Part shown: positions 47,613-57,599 of the stretch, piece by piece | How the letters are laid out: each line of letters starts with the position of its first letter | Position numbering within the stretch: the stretch's first letter is position 1 | From: a virus | Virus record (IMG/VR): IMGVR_UViG_3300028625_000001 | Location: 32,001 to 96,000 of that record | DNA length: 64,000 nt | Strand: one strand, 5' to 3' | Translations under genes and position numbers: made by a program | Notes under the pieces: model-generated | The model's input: the letters and a program-made list of their open reading frames with translations, nothing else | What the model was told of the DNA's origin: nothing | Database searches by the model: none

Positions 47613-48854
47613 ATGGCTTTTAGACTCAATACGACTAAGTTTAACGCTTTAGCATGGATTGTTGCCGAGGATGCTTCAGAAGCATCTCTTTATATAGACG
47701 GAGTTTCTAATTATAGATCACTTAGTTCTGTTTTTAGAGATAAAGTGTCTGGGCAAATAATTTCCTATGATGCGATTTCCACTTTCCCATTTCTAGGTGG
47801 GCTTAAAACCAAAAGCGGATATATTCACCCGACTGGTCTTCTCTCAGTAACTGCCCGAGATGACGATATCCCGTTTATTGGCATAAAGGGGTTTGGGCTA
47901 GAGGATAATACGATAAACCTGCTCGGGCATAATAACTACTCAACTGACTGGTCTTTATGGCCACACTTTGACCAACTAGAGCTTTGGAGTAATATTTCCC
48001 AAACAGAATCTCCAACATTGGGAAAAGTGTTTGTCGCTAACCCCGCCGCGCTAACAACTAGATTGTATACAGAAAACCTAGAAGACCTGACAGACACTAA
48101 TCATGTTGCAAGTGTGTATATGCAAGCAAATAGAGCTATCGAAGTCGAGATGTATGCAACTTTAAACGACATCGAGAGCGATCATCAAACAATAGTCCTA
48201 TCTCCCTCTTGGAAGAGAGTTCAATTTCTATTAGAAAACAACGAGTCTATCTCCTCTGGAGTCTTATCGTTCTTTATTGTGACTCCTTCCATCAACGTTA
48301 GATTTATGGCGGCGAAACCTCAATTAGAAGAAGGAGAATATGCTTCTTCATTCTGTATGTATGAAAAACCAAAAGACGCCATGTCTTACGGATTAAAATA
48401 TGACATAGAGGAGCAAGGAACTATATCTTTCTGGCTTAAAAGTACAAAAGGAAACGAAAACGCTAACTTTTTCTCTATCTCGGAAGACACTAATTTATTA
48501 TCTAATGCGATAAAACTAGACAAGGTGGCCATTCCCGCCGGAATCCGTTTATCTCAATATAAAGATAATGCGCCAGTTTCTGTCTTTTATCCATTCCCGC
48601 ACAATAATGTTTATCACCATTACGCAATCACTTGGTCGGAAGCAAACGGGATTAAGCTTTTTATCGATGGAGATTTTATAGTTGTCATTCCGTATCGAAT
48701 TATCCCTTTAACATCAATTGTTTTTGATAAACGAGGTAATAGGCTAATAGCCAACCTAAGAGTGGATAAGCGAGAAGTCCCCGCCGCGGAAATTGCAGAG
48801 TGGGCACAAATGGATAGACCATTTGCAGTGCCAAATAGAGTCCCCGTGTCGTAA
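47613..48854 (+). CDS. LamG / concanavalin-A-like lectin domain protein
   Basis: GTISFWLKS...NFFSIS...HHYAITWSEANGIKLFIDGDF matches the Laminin_G_3 pattern. It starts 4 nt after the RT stop. Confidence 0.55.
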   Translation: MAFRLNTTKFNALAWIVAEDASEASLYIDGVSNYRSLSSVFRDKVSGQIISYDAISTFPFLGGLKTKSGYIHPTGLLSVTARDDDIPFIGIKGFGLEDNTINLLGHNNYSTDWSLWPHFDQLELWSNISQTESPTLGKVFVANPAALTTRLYTENLEDLTDTNHVASVYMQANRAIEVEMYATLNDIESDHQTIVLSPSWKRVQFLLENNESISSGVLSFFIVTPSINVRFMAAKPQLEEGEYASSFCMYEKPKDAMSYGLKYDIEEQGTISFWLKSTKGNENANFFSISEDTNLLSNAIKLDKVAIPAGIRLSQYKDNAPVSVFYPFPHNNVYHHYAITWSEANGIKLFIDGDFIVVIPYRIIPLTSIVFDKRGNRLIANLRVDKREVPAAEIAEWAQMDRPFAVPNRVPVS

Positions 48855-48897
48855 GATCGGGGGCTCCTTCTCAATTCCAATTAAGGGGGGCTAAGAC

Positions 48898-49797
48898 TTG
48901 AATATATCACAGCTTATCGGAGATAAACCCGTTACTAAGAAAGCTCCATGGGATCTCTATGACTTGAACGAAGAGATCCCGTATTTCTTCCCGAATATAC
49001 CACCGGAACTAGACTATATAAACCTCTTTATCTTTGGAGACTGGCACGTCGAAGCTAATACGTCTGATTGGATTCTTCTGTCTTACATCGTCGAGTTACT
49101 AAAAGAACCTCATAACTATCTAATAAATCCTGGAGATACCTTCGAGATTCCTTTTGATGACGACGTAGGCACTTTAATGGAGCAAAGAGTAACCACTACA
49201 CAGGCATATCGGGTGACAAAACATATATTAGCCCCTGTCGCCGATAAGATTCTATTGATGATCGAGGGGAATCACCCGCGACGGGCACGTAAAAGAGCCG
49301 GTATAGATATTACAGGTATGCTATGCGAAGATTTAGGTATTAACTATTCAAGAGGAAAGGCGGCAGCAACAATTCGCGTAGGGAAAAAGAGTAAGAATGG
49401 AAAACCGGCCGCTTATACTTTTGGAGTGAATCATGGGAGAGGCGGAGGAAGGACAGACGGAGCCAAAGCTCAGGCAAGGTTCTGGGAAAGTGTTACATGG
49501 GAAAACGTAGATGCGGTACTTATAGGCCATATACATACTCCTGGTTACGAATCGAGGGCTAGGGTCAAACCAGACCCACAGAATAAGAGCGTCAAGGCTA
49601 AAGAGTATATACAGATATCCGCTCCGTCCGCTATGAAGTTCGCCGAATATGCACAGACCGGCGGCTATTCCCCGCCGACTTTCAGGATTCCTATACTAAA
49701 GTTGAGCGGTAAGGAGAAAAAGATCGATATCGAGTTTCCTGACTTTAACTCGGGGATTCGAGACTTCTACCAGAAGAACAAGAAATTCTTCAAGTAA
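48898..49797 (+). CDS. calcineurin-like metallophosphoesterase
   Basis: Ordered motifs GDWH, PGDTFE, EGNH, VNHG and GHIHTP. TTG start after AAGGGGGG. Confidence 0.65.
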   Translation: MNISQLIGDKPVTKKAPWDLYDLNEEIPYFFPNIPPELDYINLFIFGDWHVEANTSDWILLSYIVELLKEPHNYLINPGDTFEIPFDDDVGTLMEQRVTTTQAYRVTKHILAPVADKILLMIEGNHPRRARKRAGIDITGMLCEDLGINYSRGKAAATIRVGKKSKNGKPAAYTFGVNHGRGGGRTDGAKAQARFWESVTWENVDAVLIGHIHTPGYESRARVKPDPQNKSVKAKEYIQISAPSAMKFAEYAQTGGYSPPTFRIPILKLSGKEKKIDIEFPDFNSGIRDFYQKNKKFFK

Positions 49798-49845
49798 TCC
49801 CTTTCAATCAACGGCGAAGGATATTCTGTAAGGGGGATTAAAAAT

Positions 49846-50283
49846 ATGCCACTGACACAAGAAGACACGAAACAAGTAGAACAAATTGCAGAAATAGTGG
49901 CTACAAAGGTGGCCGCGGGTATGATGAACCAGTATAAGACCGAAGCGACGGTTGAAGCTGCTGAAATGCGAAAAAGCATTAATAAACTAATAGATATGTT
50001 CAGCAATGGGCAATTAGAAGCTAAGATCGAGTCGTCTTTCAAAGCCAGCCTATCCGATCCGGTGTTTGAAAATAAACTTAAAGGCTTTGTAGACGGCAAG
50101 ATAGAGAGTTCGGAAACAGCCAAAAAAATCCGCACTGTTGTGCGAGAAGAATTGAATAGCGAAGAGTATGAGCGGAAGATTAAAGGAATGATGGTTGCAT
50201 ACTTTTCTACTTCTATCTGGAAATACATCCTGACGATAGGGATCTCCGTTCTAGGGACTTTGCTGGTTCAATTCTTTATATAA
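49846..50283 (+). CDS. hypothetical protein with C-terminal TM helix
   Basis: 145-aa ORF with a C-terminal ILTIGISVLGTLLVQFFI. Confidence 0.5.
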   Translation: MPLTQEDTKQVEQIAEIVATKVAAGMMNQYKTEATVEAAEMRKSINKLIDMFSNGQLEAKIESSFKASLSDPVFENKLKGFVDGKIESSETAKKIRTVVREELNSEEYERKIKGMMVAYFSTSIWKYILTIGISVLGTLLVQFFI

Positions 50284-50298
50284 CGGAGGACAAAACAT

Positions 50299-50607
50299 AT
50301 GGACAATCTTTTAAGTTGGGCCCTTGGTGTGGCCCTTCCTGCATTGATAGTGTTTCTTCTTGAGAAGTTTGCACCAGGGAGTGCTGTAAAACTGATAAAC
50401 AAATTTCTCTCCAGCACCATAAAACAAAAGGGAGCCGTGAACAAGATCGAAAACGCGGTCGCTCTCAAGACTATGGATTTAGGTCTTGAGATGTATACAT
50501 GTACTCCTGACACACCAGAGGAGATAGACTCGGCTCTAACTTCCCTCGAAGACAAGAAACAAAAGCTCCTGGCACTGAAAGTTACCGCCGGGGAAAATCC
50601 CTCCTGA
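50299..50607 (+). CDS. hypothetical protein with N-terminal TM helix
   Basis: 102-aa ORF with an N-terminal LSWALGVALPALIVFLL. Confidence 0.5.
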   Translation: MDNLLSWALGVALPALIVFLLEKFAPGSAVKLINKFLSSTIKQKGAVNKIENAVALKTMDLGLEMYTCTPDTPEEIDSALTSLEDKKQKLLALKVTAGENPS

Positions 50608-50771
50608 AAGCAACACGTTACGGAACTGACCGTAAAAACTGCCGTATCACTAGGGATAAAGGGAATCTTCTCCCTGCTCGTCAAGAAAAACACTTACGTA
50701 AATATTTTTCTCAAGGGCGTCGAACTCCTACAGAAGCTAGGGCATTTGCCTAAGAACCTGTGGGACATTGT

Positions 50772-50806
50772 AAAAAAGTAAAGGGGGCAAAAGCCCCCTT
50801 TTTTTA
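50772..50806. terminator. bidirectional intrinsic terminator between convergent modules
   Basis: AAAAAAGTAAA-GGGGGC-AAAA-GCCCCC-TTTTTTTA, an A-tract and a T-tract flanking a perfect GC stem. Confidence 0.65.
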
Positions 50807-51496
50807 TCTCACGATGACCTCTTGTAGCTTATGTAGCCCGTATTTGCTTTCATCCTTTAATTCCTCTGCAAGCTTTTTTATGTCGTTGTATGGAACGGTC
50901 TGATCTCCCGGCTGTGGGTTGTATTGTTGTAGCACTATCCTCTTTGCCCACCCTAATATGGTGGTTATTTTATAGAACTCTTCAGGCGAGACGTATCCAG
51001 GATACATAGTTATCCTGAACTCATAGTCTTTGGCATACTTTATGACTGTTTTGACTGATTGACACAGGTCATAGCCGCTCATTACTCTATCCGGTTGAAA
51101 AACCCCGTCGGAATAGATCTCCATCGGTCCTTTGATGTCCATAGCCACATAGTCTATGAAGGGCAATATCTCCTTCAATATCTGAGTGTCGGAACCGTTA
51201 GTGTCTACCTTTATCAAAAGACCAGGGACTTCCTTTTTAATAGCCCAGATATACTTGAGTAGGTCTTTGTTTATTGTAGGCTCGCCGCCGGAGAACACGA
51301 CGGCCTCAATCTTATTCTCCCGACTCTTCAAGTAATCAAGAATCTCTATAAAAGGAACCTCTTCCCCACTACTATCCCAAAGATGTTTGTTGTGGCAATA
51401 CTTACAGGCAAAATTACACCCGTAGGAAAAGATTGTTGTTGCTATCTTCCCCGGGTAATCCACCAGGCTTACTTTCTCGTACCCTGCTATCTTCAT
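50804..51496 (-). CDS. nrdG: anaerobic ribonucleotide reductase activating protein (radical SAM)
   Basis: MKIAGYEKVSLVDYPGKIATTIFSYGCNFACKYCHN (CxxxCxxC). ATG 51496 follows GGGAGAGG. The longer ORF-track start at 51661 is rejected. Confidence 0.85.
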   Translation of the reverse strand: MKIAGYEKVSLVDYPGKIATTIFSYGCNFACKYCHNKHLWDSSGEEVPFIEILDYLKSRENKIEAVVFSGGEPTINKDLLKYIWAIKKEVPGLLIKVDTNGSDTQILKEILPFIDYVAMDIKGPMEIYSDGVFQPDRVMSGYDLCQSVKTVIKYAKDYEFRITMYPGYVSPEEFYKITTILGWAKRIVLQQYNPQPGDQTVPYNDIKKLAEELKDESKYGLHKLQEVIVR

Positions 51497-53309
51497 GTAA
51501 CCTCTCCCTTCCCGGCAGGTAGGTTCTTCTTTCCTTAAATTCCTCCTGTTTCCCTTTGTTCCAGTTCTGAACTGGACGATAATATCCAGTAATCCTCGAA
51601 TAGACTTCTGTCTCTCTCCCACATATAGGACATTCATATTGCTCGCCGTTGATATATCCATGATCTGGGCAAACAGAATACGTAGGTGAGATCGTTATAT
51701 ACGGGATTCGATAATTGGTAAGTATTTTCCTTACCAATCCCATTGTAGTTCGCCAATCTGTTATCTTTTCCCCCAAGAAGGTATGAAAAACGGTACCGCC
51801 TGTATAAAGTGTCTGAAGTTCTTCCTGTAGGTCTAAAGCTTCGAATACATCGCTGGTGAAACCGACCGGCAAATGGGTTGAGTTAGTGTAATACGGATCT
51901 CTCTGTCCCGCGGTAATGATCTCGGGATATTTCATTTTGTCTATCCTGGCTAATCTATAAGCCGTAGACTCCGCGGGAGTCGCTTCGAGGTTATATAGAT
52001 TCCCCGTGCTCTCCTGATAATCCCCCAGCTTAGTTCTCATGAAGTCTAAGACTCTGACGGCGAAAATCCTCGACTCCTCTTTATAGATCGGCTGCCTTAC
52101 CCATTTAGCATTGAGACATGCTTCGTTCATTCCGACTAGTCCTATAGTCGAGAAGTGATTGTCATAATGCTGAAGATATCTCTTCGTGTATGGATACAAC
52201 CCTCGCTGGTTAAACCGGTTTATTGTTTCTCTTTTTACTTCAAGGGAGTCTTTGGCTAGATTCATCAAAACGTCTAGTTTGTTGAAAAACTCCACTTCGT
52301 TTTCACTAAGATATGCTAGTCGCGGCAAATTGATGGTGACTACTCCAATAGACCCGGTAAAAGCATCCGACCCGAACAATCCCCCGCCTCGTCTCTTCAA
52401 TTCTCGACGGTCTAGGGTCAATCTACAACAAAGACTCCTTACATCGTCGGGATTAAGATCGGAGTTTATAAAGTTTTGGAAATAGGGGGTCCCATATTTG
52501 CCCGTTATTTCAAAAAGGAGCCGGGTGTTTTGGTTGTCCCAATCAAAATCTTTCCCGATATTGTACGTCGGGATAGGATATTGAAAGCCGCGGCCATTAG
52601 CGTCTCCTTCGTCGTATAGCTCCAGGAGAGCCCTATTTATCATATCCGATTCTCTTTGACAGGACCCATATGTAAAGCTTTGTTCTTTTCCGCCTATTAT
52701 TGCCGGTTTCTCTTTATAGCTCTCTGGTATTGTCCAGTTAAGAGTTATGTTGGAAAAGGGAGATTGTGTCCCCCAGCGAGAGGGTGTATTCAGTCCGAAT
52801 AGGAATGATTGTATGCACTGTTTGACTTCTTTATAAGATAGGTTGTCTATCTTGACGAAGGGGGCAAGATAAGTGTCGAAACCGGAGAAAGCCTGCGCAC
52901 CGGCCCATTCGTTTTGCATAATCCCCATAAAGTTGACCATCTGGTTTATAAGCGTGGATAAGTGTTTCGCCGGAGAGCTGGACAGTTTCTGAGAAACGCC
53001 GCCTAATCCTTCGCGTATGAGTTGTTCGAGGTCCCACCCGGCGCAATAACCCGAAAGCATTGAAAGGTCATGTATATGAAAGTCTCCATTCCTATGCGCA
53101 TTGGCAATATCTTCGTTGTAAACCTTACCCAGCCAGTAATTAGCCGTCATTGCACCTGCTTCATGGAGGATAAGTCCTCCAATCGAGTAAGTGACAGTCG
53201 AACTTTCCTTAGTCCTCCAATCGGTTTCAGTCAAATAACCATCAATAACTTTTTCGACATCTATAGTCTTTTTGTCTTCCATAGAAAAAGTCGGCCCGTA
53301 GGCCGACAT
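51414..53309 (-). CDS. nrdD: anaerobic ribonucleoside-triphosphate reductase (class III)
   Basis: 631 aa with a C-terminal Zn ribbon (CPDHG..CPICG) and a glycyl-radical motif (SRITGYYRPV). The rest is NrdD-like throughout. Confidence 0.9.
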   Translation of the reverse strand: MSAYGPTFSMEDKKTIDVEKVIDGYLTETDWRTKESSTVTYSIGGLILHEAGAMTANYWLGKVYNEDIANAHRNGDFHIHDLSMLSGYCAGWDLEQLIREGLGGVSQKLSSSPAKHLSTLINQMVNFMGIMQNEWAGAQAFSGFDTYLAPFVKIDNLSYKEVKQCIQSFLFGLNTPSRWGTQSPFSNITLNWTIPESYKEKPAIIGGKEQSFTYGSCQRESDMINRALLELYDEGDANGRGFQYPIPTYNIGKDFDWDNQNTRLLFEITGKYGTPYFQNFINSDLNPDDVRSLCCRLTLDRRELKRRGGGLFGSDAFTGSIGVVTINLPRLAYLSENEVEFFNKLDVLMNLAKDSLEVKRETINRFNQRGLYPYTKRYLQHYDNHFSTIGLVGMNEACLNAKWVRQPIYKEESRIFAVRVLDFMRTKLGDYQESTGNLYNLEATPAESTAYRLARIDKMKYPEIITAGQRDPYYTNSTHLPVGFTSDVFEALDLQEELQTLYTGGTVFHTFLGEKITDWRTTMGLVRKILTNYRIPYITISPTYSVCPDHGYINGEQYECPICGRETEVYSRITGYYRPVQNWNKGKQEEFKERRTYLPGRERLHEDSRVRESKPGGLPGEDSNNNLFLRV

Positions 53310-53348
53310 TCACCTCCCTGGGATTTTATATTGTTTTGGTTAGGAGAA

Positions 53349-53633
53349 TCAACTAGGGACTATAACCGGATCAGCGACTTTCCGTTTCTCATAAGGAATA
53401 CTCTTCACGAACTCCTTATAAGTCGCCAGGTTCTGTCCAGTCCTAATTTTGTTTAAAAGGTAGTCTACAAAAAGACTACATAATTCCCGGTTGGGGAATT
53501 GTTCTATGAGTCGGTCGTCCGCCACCACAAAGGAGTCGTCTAATGCCGTCTTTCCCTCTCTTACTTCAAAGCCTCTTAATTGTGAGAAGTTAAAGCATTG
53601 TCCTTTCTTATTGTGATGCCACATAACGATCAC
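53349..53633 (-). CDS. hypothetical protein
   Basis: 94-aa ORF whose GTG start overlaps the upstream stop. Confidence 0.45.
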   Translation of the reverse strand: MIVMWHHNKKGQCFNFSQLRGFEVREGKTALDDSFVVADDRLIEQFPNRELCSLFVDYLLNKIRTGQNLATYKEFVKSIPYEKRKVADPVIVPS

Positions 53634-54805
53634 GTCTTCTTCTTTCGCATACTGATATACGGTTTGGAATATTTTATAGTGAAGATTTCTTCATCTGTAG
53701 TCCCTATTTTTCTTAGCAATGCAGCTACTATCTGGTCTGTGGTACTAGCTTCAGGGACGCCAAGTCGTTCCGCCGCGAGATTTGTGTTTATGGGTTTCAT
53801 CTCTTTTTGATTTATAGAGAAGTTGTGCGTGTCCGTCGCAAAAGGTTTCCCACCGGCGTGTTCAATAAGTTGCTGTTGGAGTTCGCCAAGCTCCCTATCC
53901 AGCCAACCCGCTTTCAGCTTGTATTGTATATATTTTTCAATAGGGCTGACTTCTTCTTTGATGTCGAAGTTGTACGCCGGACATTTCGCTTTATGCCCGC
54001 ACCAGTAACAGAGATTGTCGGGATTAGTCTCGAACGACTCTTCAGAATCTCCGAATAAAGTAACCAATGACCAAAGGTAGCTCAGGTACTCTTTGAAAAT
54101 CTCCATCTGAGAATCGGAATATCTTGTCTCGACTCTTTTATCAAGCCAGAGATAATCGAGAGCAACCATTATGTTAGGAACTTGATCGAAAGAAAGGATG
54201 AAACTCTTATTCATCTCAGACAAAGGACCATAGAGATCAGTAACTACCTCTATCATTTTTTCTCTCTGCGCCATAGTCATCTTGGCTATTTCGGTTATGG
54301 CTAGTTGATACATCTTCAACTGGATATCGTGTTTGATATCCTCGTCGGTCAAGGCAGTCTTCGAGGTCTTGAAGTCGTTTATGAGTAGATATCCGTCTTC
54401 TTGATATATCAAGTCGATCTTCCCGCCGACATTGACTCCGTTGTCGAGGGTTATCTCGAAGGGGAGTTCTACCGCCAAGCAACGTTCTTTACTATACTCG
54501 ATCGGCCTCTGAAGAAGCGAGTAAGCTTTATGAAACGAGACCCAATCAGTGACCTTCAATCCAGTCATGTCTATTGACTGAGGAAGTTCTTCAGTCAGGT
54601 TCTTTTCCATATATTCATGGACCAGGGAGCCGATCAGTAAGGGACCGGTAGATTTCGATCTTTCTCTACTATCGTAATAGAACCTCCGCGGGCAAGTCGC
54701 AAGAGTCTTTACGTTGCTGGCAGTTAGATGTCTTACCACCCGACCATCATAGATTTTAGGATCTTCTACTATCTTATCTTCAGTTTCCAATACTTCTTCT
54801 TCCAT
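53630..54805 (-). CDS. Cas4-like PD-(D/E)XK exonuclease with a 4-Cys cluster
   Basis: N-terminal Cys (LATCPRRFYYD), nuclease motifs GGKIDLIY...INDFKTSK, QLKMYQLA (QxxxY) and C-terminal CYWCGHKAKCPAY. Confidence 0.75.
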   Translation of the reverse strand: MEEEVLETEDKIVEDPKIYDGRVVRHLTASNVKTLATCPRRFYYDSRERSKSTGPLLIGSLVHEYMEKNLTEELPQSIDMTGLKVTDWVSFHKAYSLLQRPIEYSKERCLAVELPFEITLDNGVNVGGKIDLIYQEDGYLLINDFKTSKTALTDEDIKHDIQLKMYQLAITEIAKMTMAQREKMIEVVTDLYGPLSEMNKSFILSFDQVPNIMVALDYLWLDKRVETRYSDSQMEIFKEYLSYLWSLVTLFGDSEESFETNPDNLCYWCGHKAKCPAYNFDIKEEVSPIEKYIQYKLKAGWLDRELGELQQQLIEHAGGKPFATDTHNFSINQKEMKPINTNLAAERLGVPEASTTDQIVAALLRKIGTTDEEIFTIKYSKPYISMRKKKT

Positions 54806-55380
54806 TACTCTTCTCCTTTTATCGAGTCATAAATTGCAATCACGTCTCTGTAATAAGGGGTATCGCCACGGCCACCCTGGTAACTGGCAATAGCCTGGTC
54901 GATGTCCCCGGCCCACCAATAAACAGTCATCATATACATATAGCGGAAGGCCATTCTGGTCTGTAACTCTATATCTGAAAGCAAAGCCTCATGATATGGG
55001 AGTTGATTATAAGCCTCTTCTATATCGTCGAAAAACATACAGAGATAATCGACTGCAACCTTCTGTATCTGGAAATATCCTATAGAGCCTCCGTCATCAC
55101 CGGTGACGTTTTGCAAGGCAGTCTCTCTATATCCTACGGCAACCATTAGCAAGGGGTCTACCGTGCCGAATCGTCCGTATTCATCCAGAAGGGTCAGAGA
55201 TATAATGATCGCGTTTTCCTCTGGTATGTCGGGGCTGAGTTCATATATAGAGTTGTATATATTAAGGAAACTACCTGGCAACACGGGGGAATCGGCACCG
55301 GCGAGAATTACGAAGACAAGAGCAAGGACAGTCCAGAACCGACTTATATTCAAGTATGCTCCTTCAGGAGTCCCCGCCAC
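54805..55380 (-). CDS. lytic transglycosylase (SLT domain) with N-terminal TM or signal anchor
   Basis: GYRETALQN...GSIGYFQIQ resembles the SLT catalytic Glu and GLMQ motifs. The N-terminus has the hydrophobic FWTVLALVFVILAG. Confidence 0.6.
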   Translation of the reverse strand: MAGTPEGAYLNISRFWTVLALVFVILAGADSPVLPGSFLNIYNSIYELSPDIPEENAIIISLTLLDEYGRFGTVDPLLMVAVGYRETALQNVTGDDGGSIGYFQIQKVAVDYLCMFFDDIEEAYNQLPYHEALLSDIELQTRMAFRYMYMMTVYWWAGDIDQAIASYQGGRGDTPYYRDVIAIYDSIKGEE

Positions 55381-55703
55381 TCCATATAGCTCATCTTCCC
55401 AAAGATGAATATCTTAGCCGCCGTGGTTATTATCCCTATACCTAACCCATTGATAGATAAATGCGCACTGAACCCGTATTTCGCCCTTAACCTCACCAGG
55501 AAGAAAGGAGAGATACTTACTTTGTCTAAATTGCGGGTGTCGATTTCTTTTCCTTTGTGAGTTATAGAGAAGAGCCGTGTCCCTGGAGTAAAAGAGAGAA
55601 CGAACTCTTCATCGGGTATTGTAAGGATATAGGCGTCGAGAGGTTGTTTTTGCAGAATGAACCCCGGCAAAGACTTAGGTTTCTGTTTTAGAAAATTGAA
55701 CAT
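55350..55703 (-). CDS. hypothetical protein
   Basis: ATG 55703 follows a GGAGGTAAC RBS. The ORF-track start at 55760 is rejected. Confidence 0.45.
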   Translation of the reverse strand: MFNFLKQKPKSLPGFILQKQPLDAYILTIPDEEFVLSFTPGTRLFSITHKGKEIDTRNLDKVSISPFFLVRLRAKYGFSAHLSINGLGIGIITTAAKIFIFGKMSYMEWRGLLKEHT

Positions 55704-55711
55704 GTTACCTC

Positions 55712-56089
55712 CTAGCTCTTCAGACCTGGCCTCCAGGAGAAAAGCTCCAACTTTTGGCAAGTCTCTTTGATTTTTTCGATTCTTTCCGGTATGTTAGAAC
55801 TCCATTTGAAGATGCGGTAGAGCGACAATAATCCTTTTGGGGTCTGGGAGTATATCATTACCTGGACTCCTAGCGAGTCGTCTTCTTTGAACTTCTTCCA
55901 GGATAACATCGTATGTGGATTACTTACGACAAGGTTTATTTGTTCTTCTAGTTTCTGGATGATGGACTCGACAGTTTCTCCCGCCGGAGGGTTGTTAATC
56001 CTGCCGTTTTCGATGCAAACCGCCGTTTCGGCTTCTTTAGAAAGGAGGTCGCTTTTTGCCAGACCTCCTTCAAAGGTGATAATAGACAT
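55712..56089 (-). CDS. hypothetical protein
   Basis: 125-aa ORF in the minus-strand operon. Confidence 0.5.
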   Translation of the reverse strand: MSIITFEGGLAKSDLLSKEAETAVCIENGRINNPPAGETVESIIQKLEEQINLVVSNPHTMLSWKKFKEDDSLGVQVMIYSQTPKGLLSLYRIFKWSSNIPERIEKIKETCQKLELFSWRPGLKS

Positions 56090-56094
56090 GTATT

Positions 56095-57231
56095 CTATTT
56101 CAGATCCCTCCCGAACCAGTAAGTCGGCGTGGGGATATGATCCCCTGTGGTTATGGTAGACAGCACAAGCCCAAGATTAGCAACAAAACCCGTCGATTTA
56201 TTCGTTGTATTGCAGGACACAGAGGTTGCGGGATGTTCTTCTTTTATGACATAGCTATCTATGACCGGGATATATATAAAATACAACAAGTGGTGAAGCA
56301 ACGAGTAAAGCTGTGCCGTCTCTGGCGAGTAGGACCAGCGGATGACTTCTTTCAAGACAACCTGCAAAGAGGTTTTGAAGTCGTGAAAATTATCCCAGGG
56401 CAATTCTCGAAACATTTTAGGCAATACAAACGAGATGTCTAAGACTGGATAATCCGGCGAAACCGTACCCTTCTTTTTGGTCATATACGGTACGTAAATA
56501 TGAGTCCCGTCAAGTTTAGGAGGATACCCCACCAGGAAGGTCAGATAGAAATATTGAGCTTCAGTAAGGGGGTATAGCATAGCCAGGTCCGATTCGTTCT
56601 CCGTCTCTGTCCCATACATGTATCTAATCATGTTATAGTGAGCATGTCTCTTTAACGAAGCGATCATGGGGAACGACCGCCGCTGGGGGGTCTCTCCGAT
56701 CAAAAGACTTAAGATTTCGTTGTCCTCTCCGGGGAGTAAAGACTTAAAAGTATCCCCTTTCCATGAAAGACCTCTCAGTTTCACAGGGATTCTCCAGGGA
56801 GATTTCATCTTATGTGTTATAAAGTCGTAGTCAAAGAACTGCGCCGACAAAACATCAAGATGAGGGCGCCCAACATTAATATCTGTGTTATCTGAGTCAA
56901 GCCGACTTTTTTGACTCAGATAAGGAGTTCGGTACTTCATGTCAAGCGAAGTCATAAAACCCACGTTTTTGGCTTCATAACTCTTAACCATCATAGGGAA
57001 CCCCATTACTAAAGACTGAACTCTCGAAGAATAGGGAATAGCAATCTTAGCTCCGTTGGCGAGACAAAGAACCGTCCACAAAGTCTCTTTTCTCCGGGAA
57101 AAGAAAAAATTTACAAAGTCCATGGCTGTGTTATACATCCCGATTCCTCTTTCACGGACTTTTTCACGGATAAGGTATGAGGCAAGACTATACATAGTTA
57201 TAAACAGCGGAGAGTCGGCAAACAGAATCAA
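56095..57231 (-). CDS. hypothetical protein (378 aa)
   Basis: Long ORF with a TTG start overlapping the upstream stop. No motif recognised. Confidence 0.5.
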   Translation of the reverse strand: MILFADSPLFITMYSLASYLIREKVRERGIGMYNTAMDFVNFFFSRRKETLWTVLCLANGAKIAIPYSSRVQSLVMGFPMMVKSYEAKNVGFMTSLDMKYRTPYLSQKSRLDSDNTDINVGRPHLDVLSAQFFDYDFITHKMKSPWRIPVKLRGLSWKGDTFKSLLPGEDNEILSLLIGETPQRRSFPMIASLKRHAHYNMIRYMYGTETENESDLAMLYPLTEAQYFYLTFLVGYPPKLDGTHIYVPYMTKKKGTVSPDYPVLDISFVLPKMFRELPWDNFHDFKTSLQVVLKEVIRWSYSPETAQLYSLLHHLLYFIYIPVIDSYVIKEEHPATSVSCNTTNKSTGFVANLGLVLSTITTGDHIPTPTYWFGRDLK

Positions 57232-57599
57232 GCTAACTCCTTCGAATACGAGCTATGTAACGACCTATACCAGGCCAACATTTCCGTCACCATTTCATGG
57301 TAATGCACAGCTCTCTCTATGGCAGTCTCAAGAGTCTCAACGTCGTTGTCGTGTCTTAAAGCTTCTTTTGCATCTGTTTTTGTGGACGCCTGCCGCGCAT
57401 ATTCCGCCTTCTTGTTGTTATAGACAATTGTCCTCTTAGTCTTTAGCCTGGAAATGACGTCTATCAACTGGTCTTGTGCGACGAAAAGTTTTTCCACATC
57501 GCCTCTTACCTCTGATATGGATGAAGGAGTACGTATCGGGATTTCGACATTGTACTGTAGGTCGGAATCGATCTTAAAATTCCGAATCACGGCGGGCAA
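57228..57599 (-). CDS. hypothetical protein
   Basis: 123-aa ORF. Confidence 0.5.
   Translation of the reverse strand: MPAVIRNFKIDSDLQYNVEIPIRTPSSISEVRGDVEKLFVAQDQLIDVISRLKTKRTIVYNNKKAEYARQASTKTDAKEALRHDNDVETLETAIERAVHYHEMVTEMLAWYRSLHSSYSKELA

Noticed and set aside
50268-50693. A 141-aa minus-strand ORF
   Set aside because: It is antisense to the RBS-supported plus-strand gene 50299-50607 and lies upstream of the bidirectional terminator that closes the plus-strand operon.
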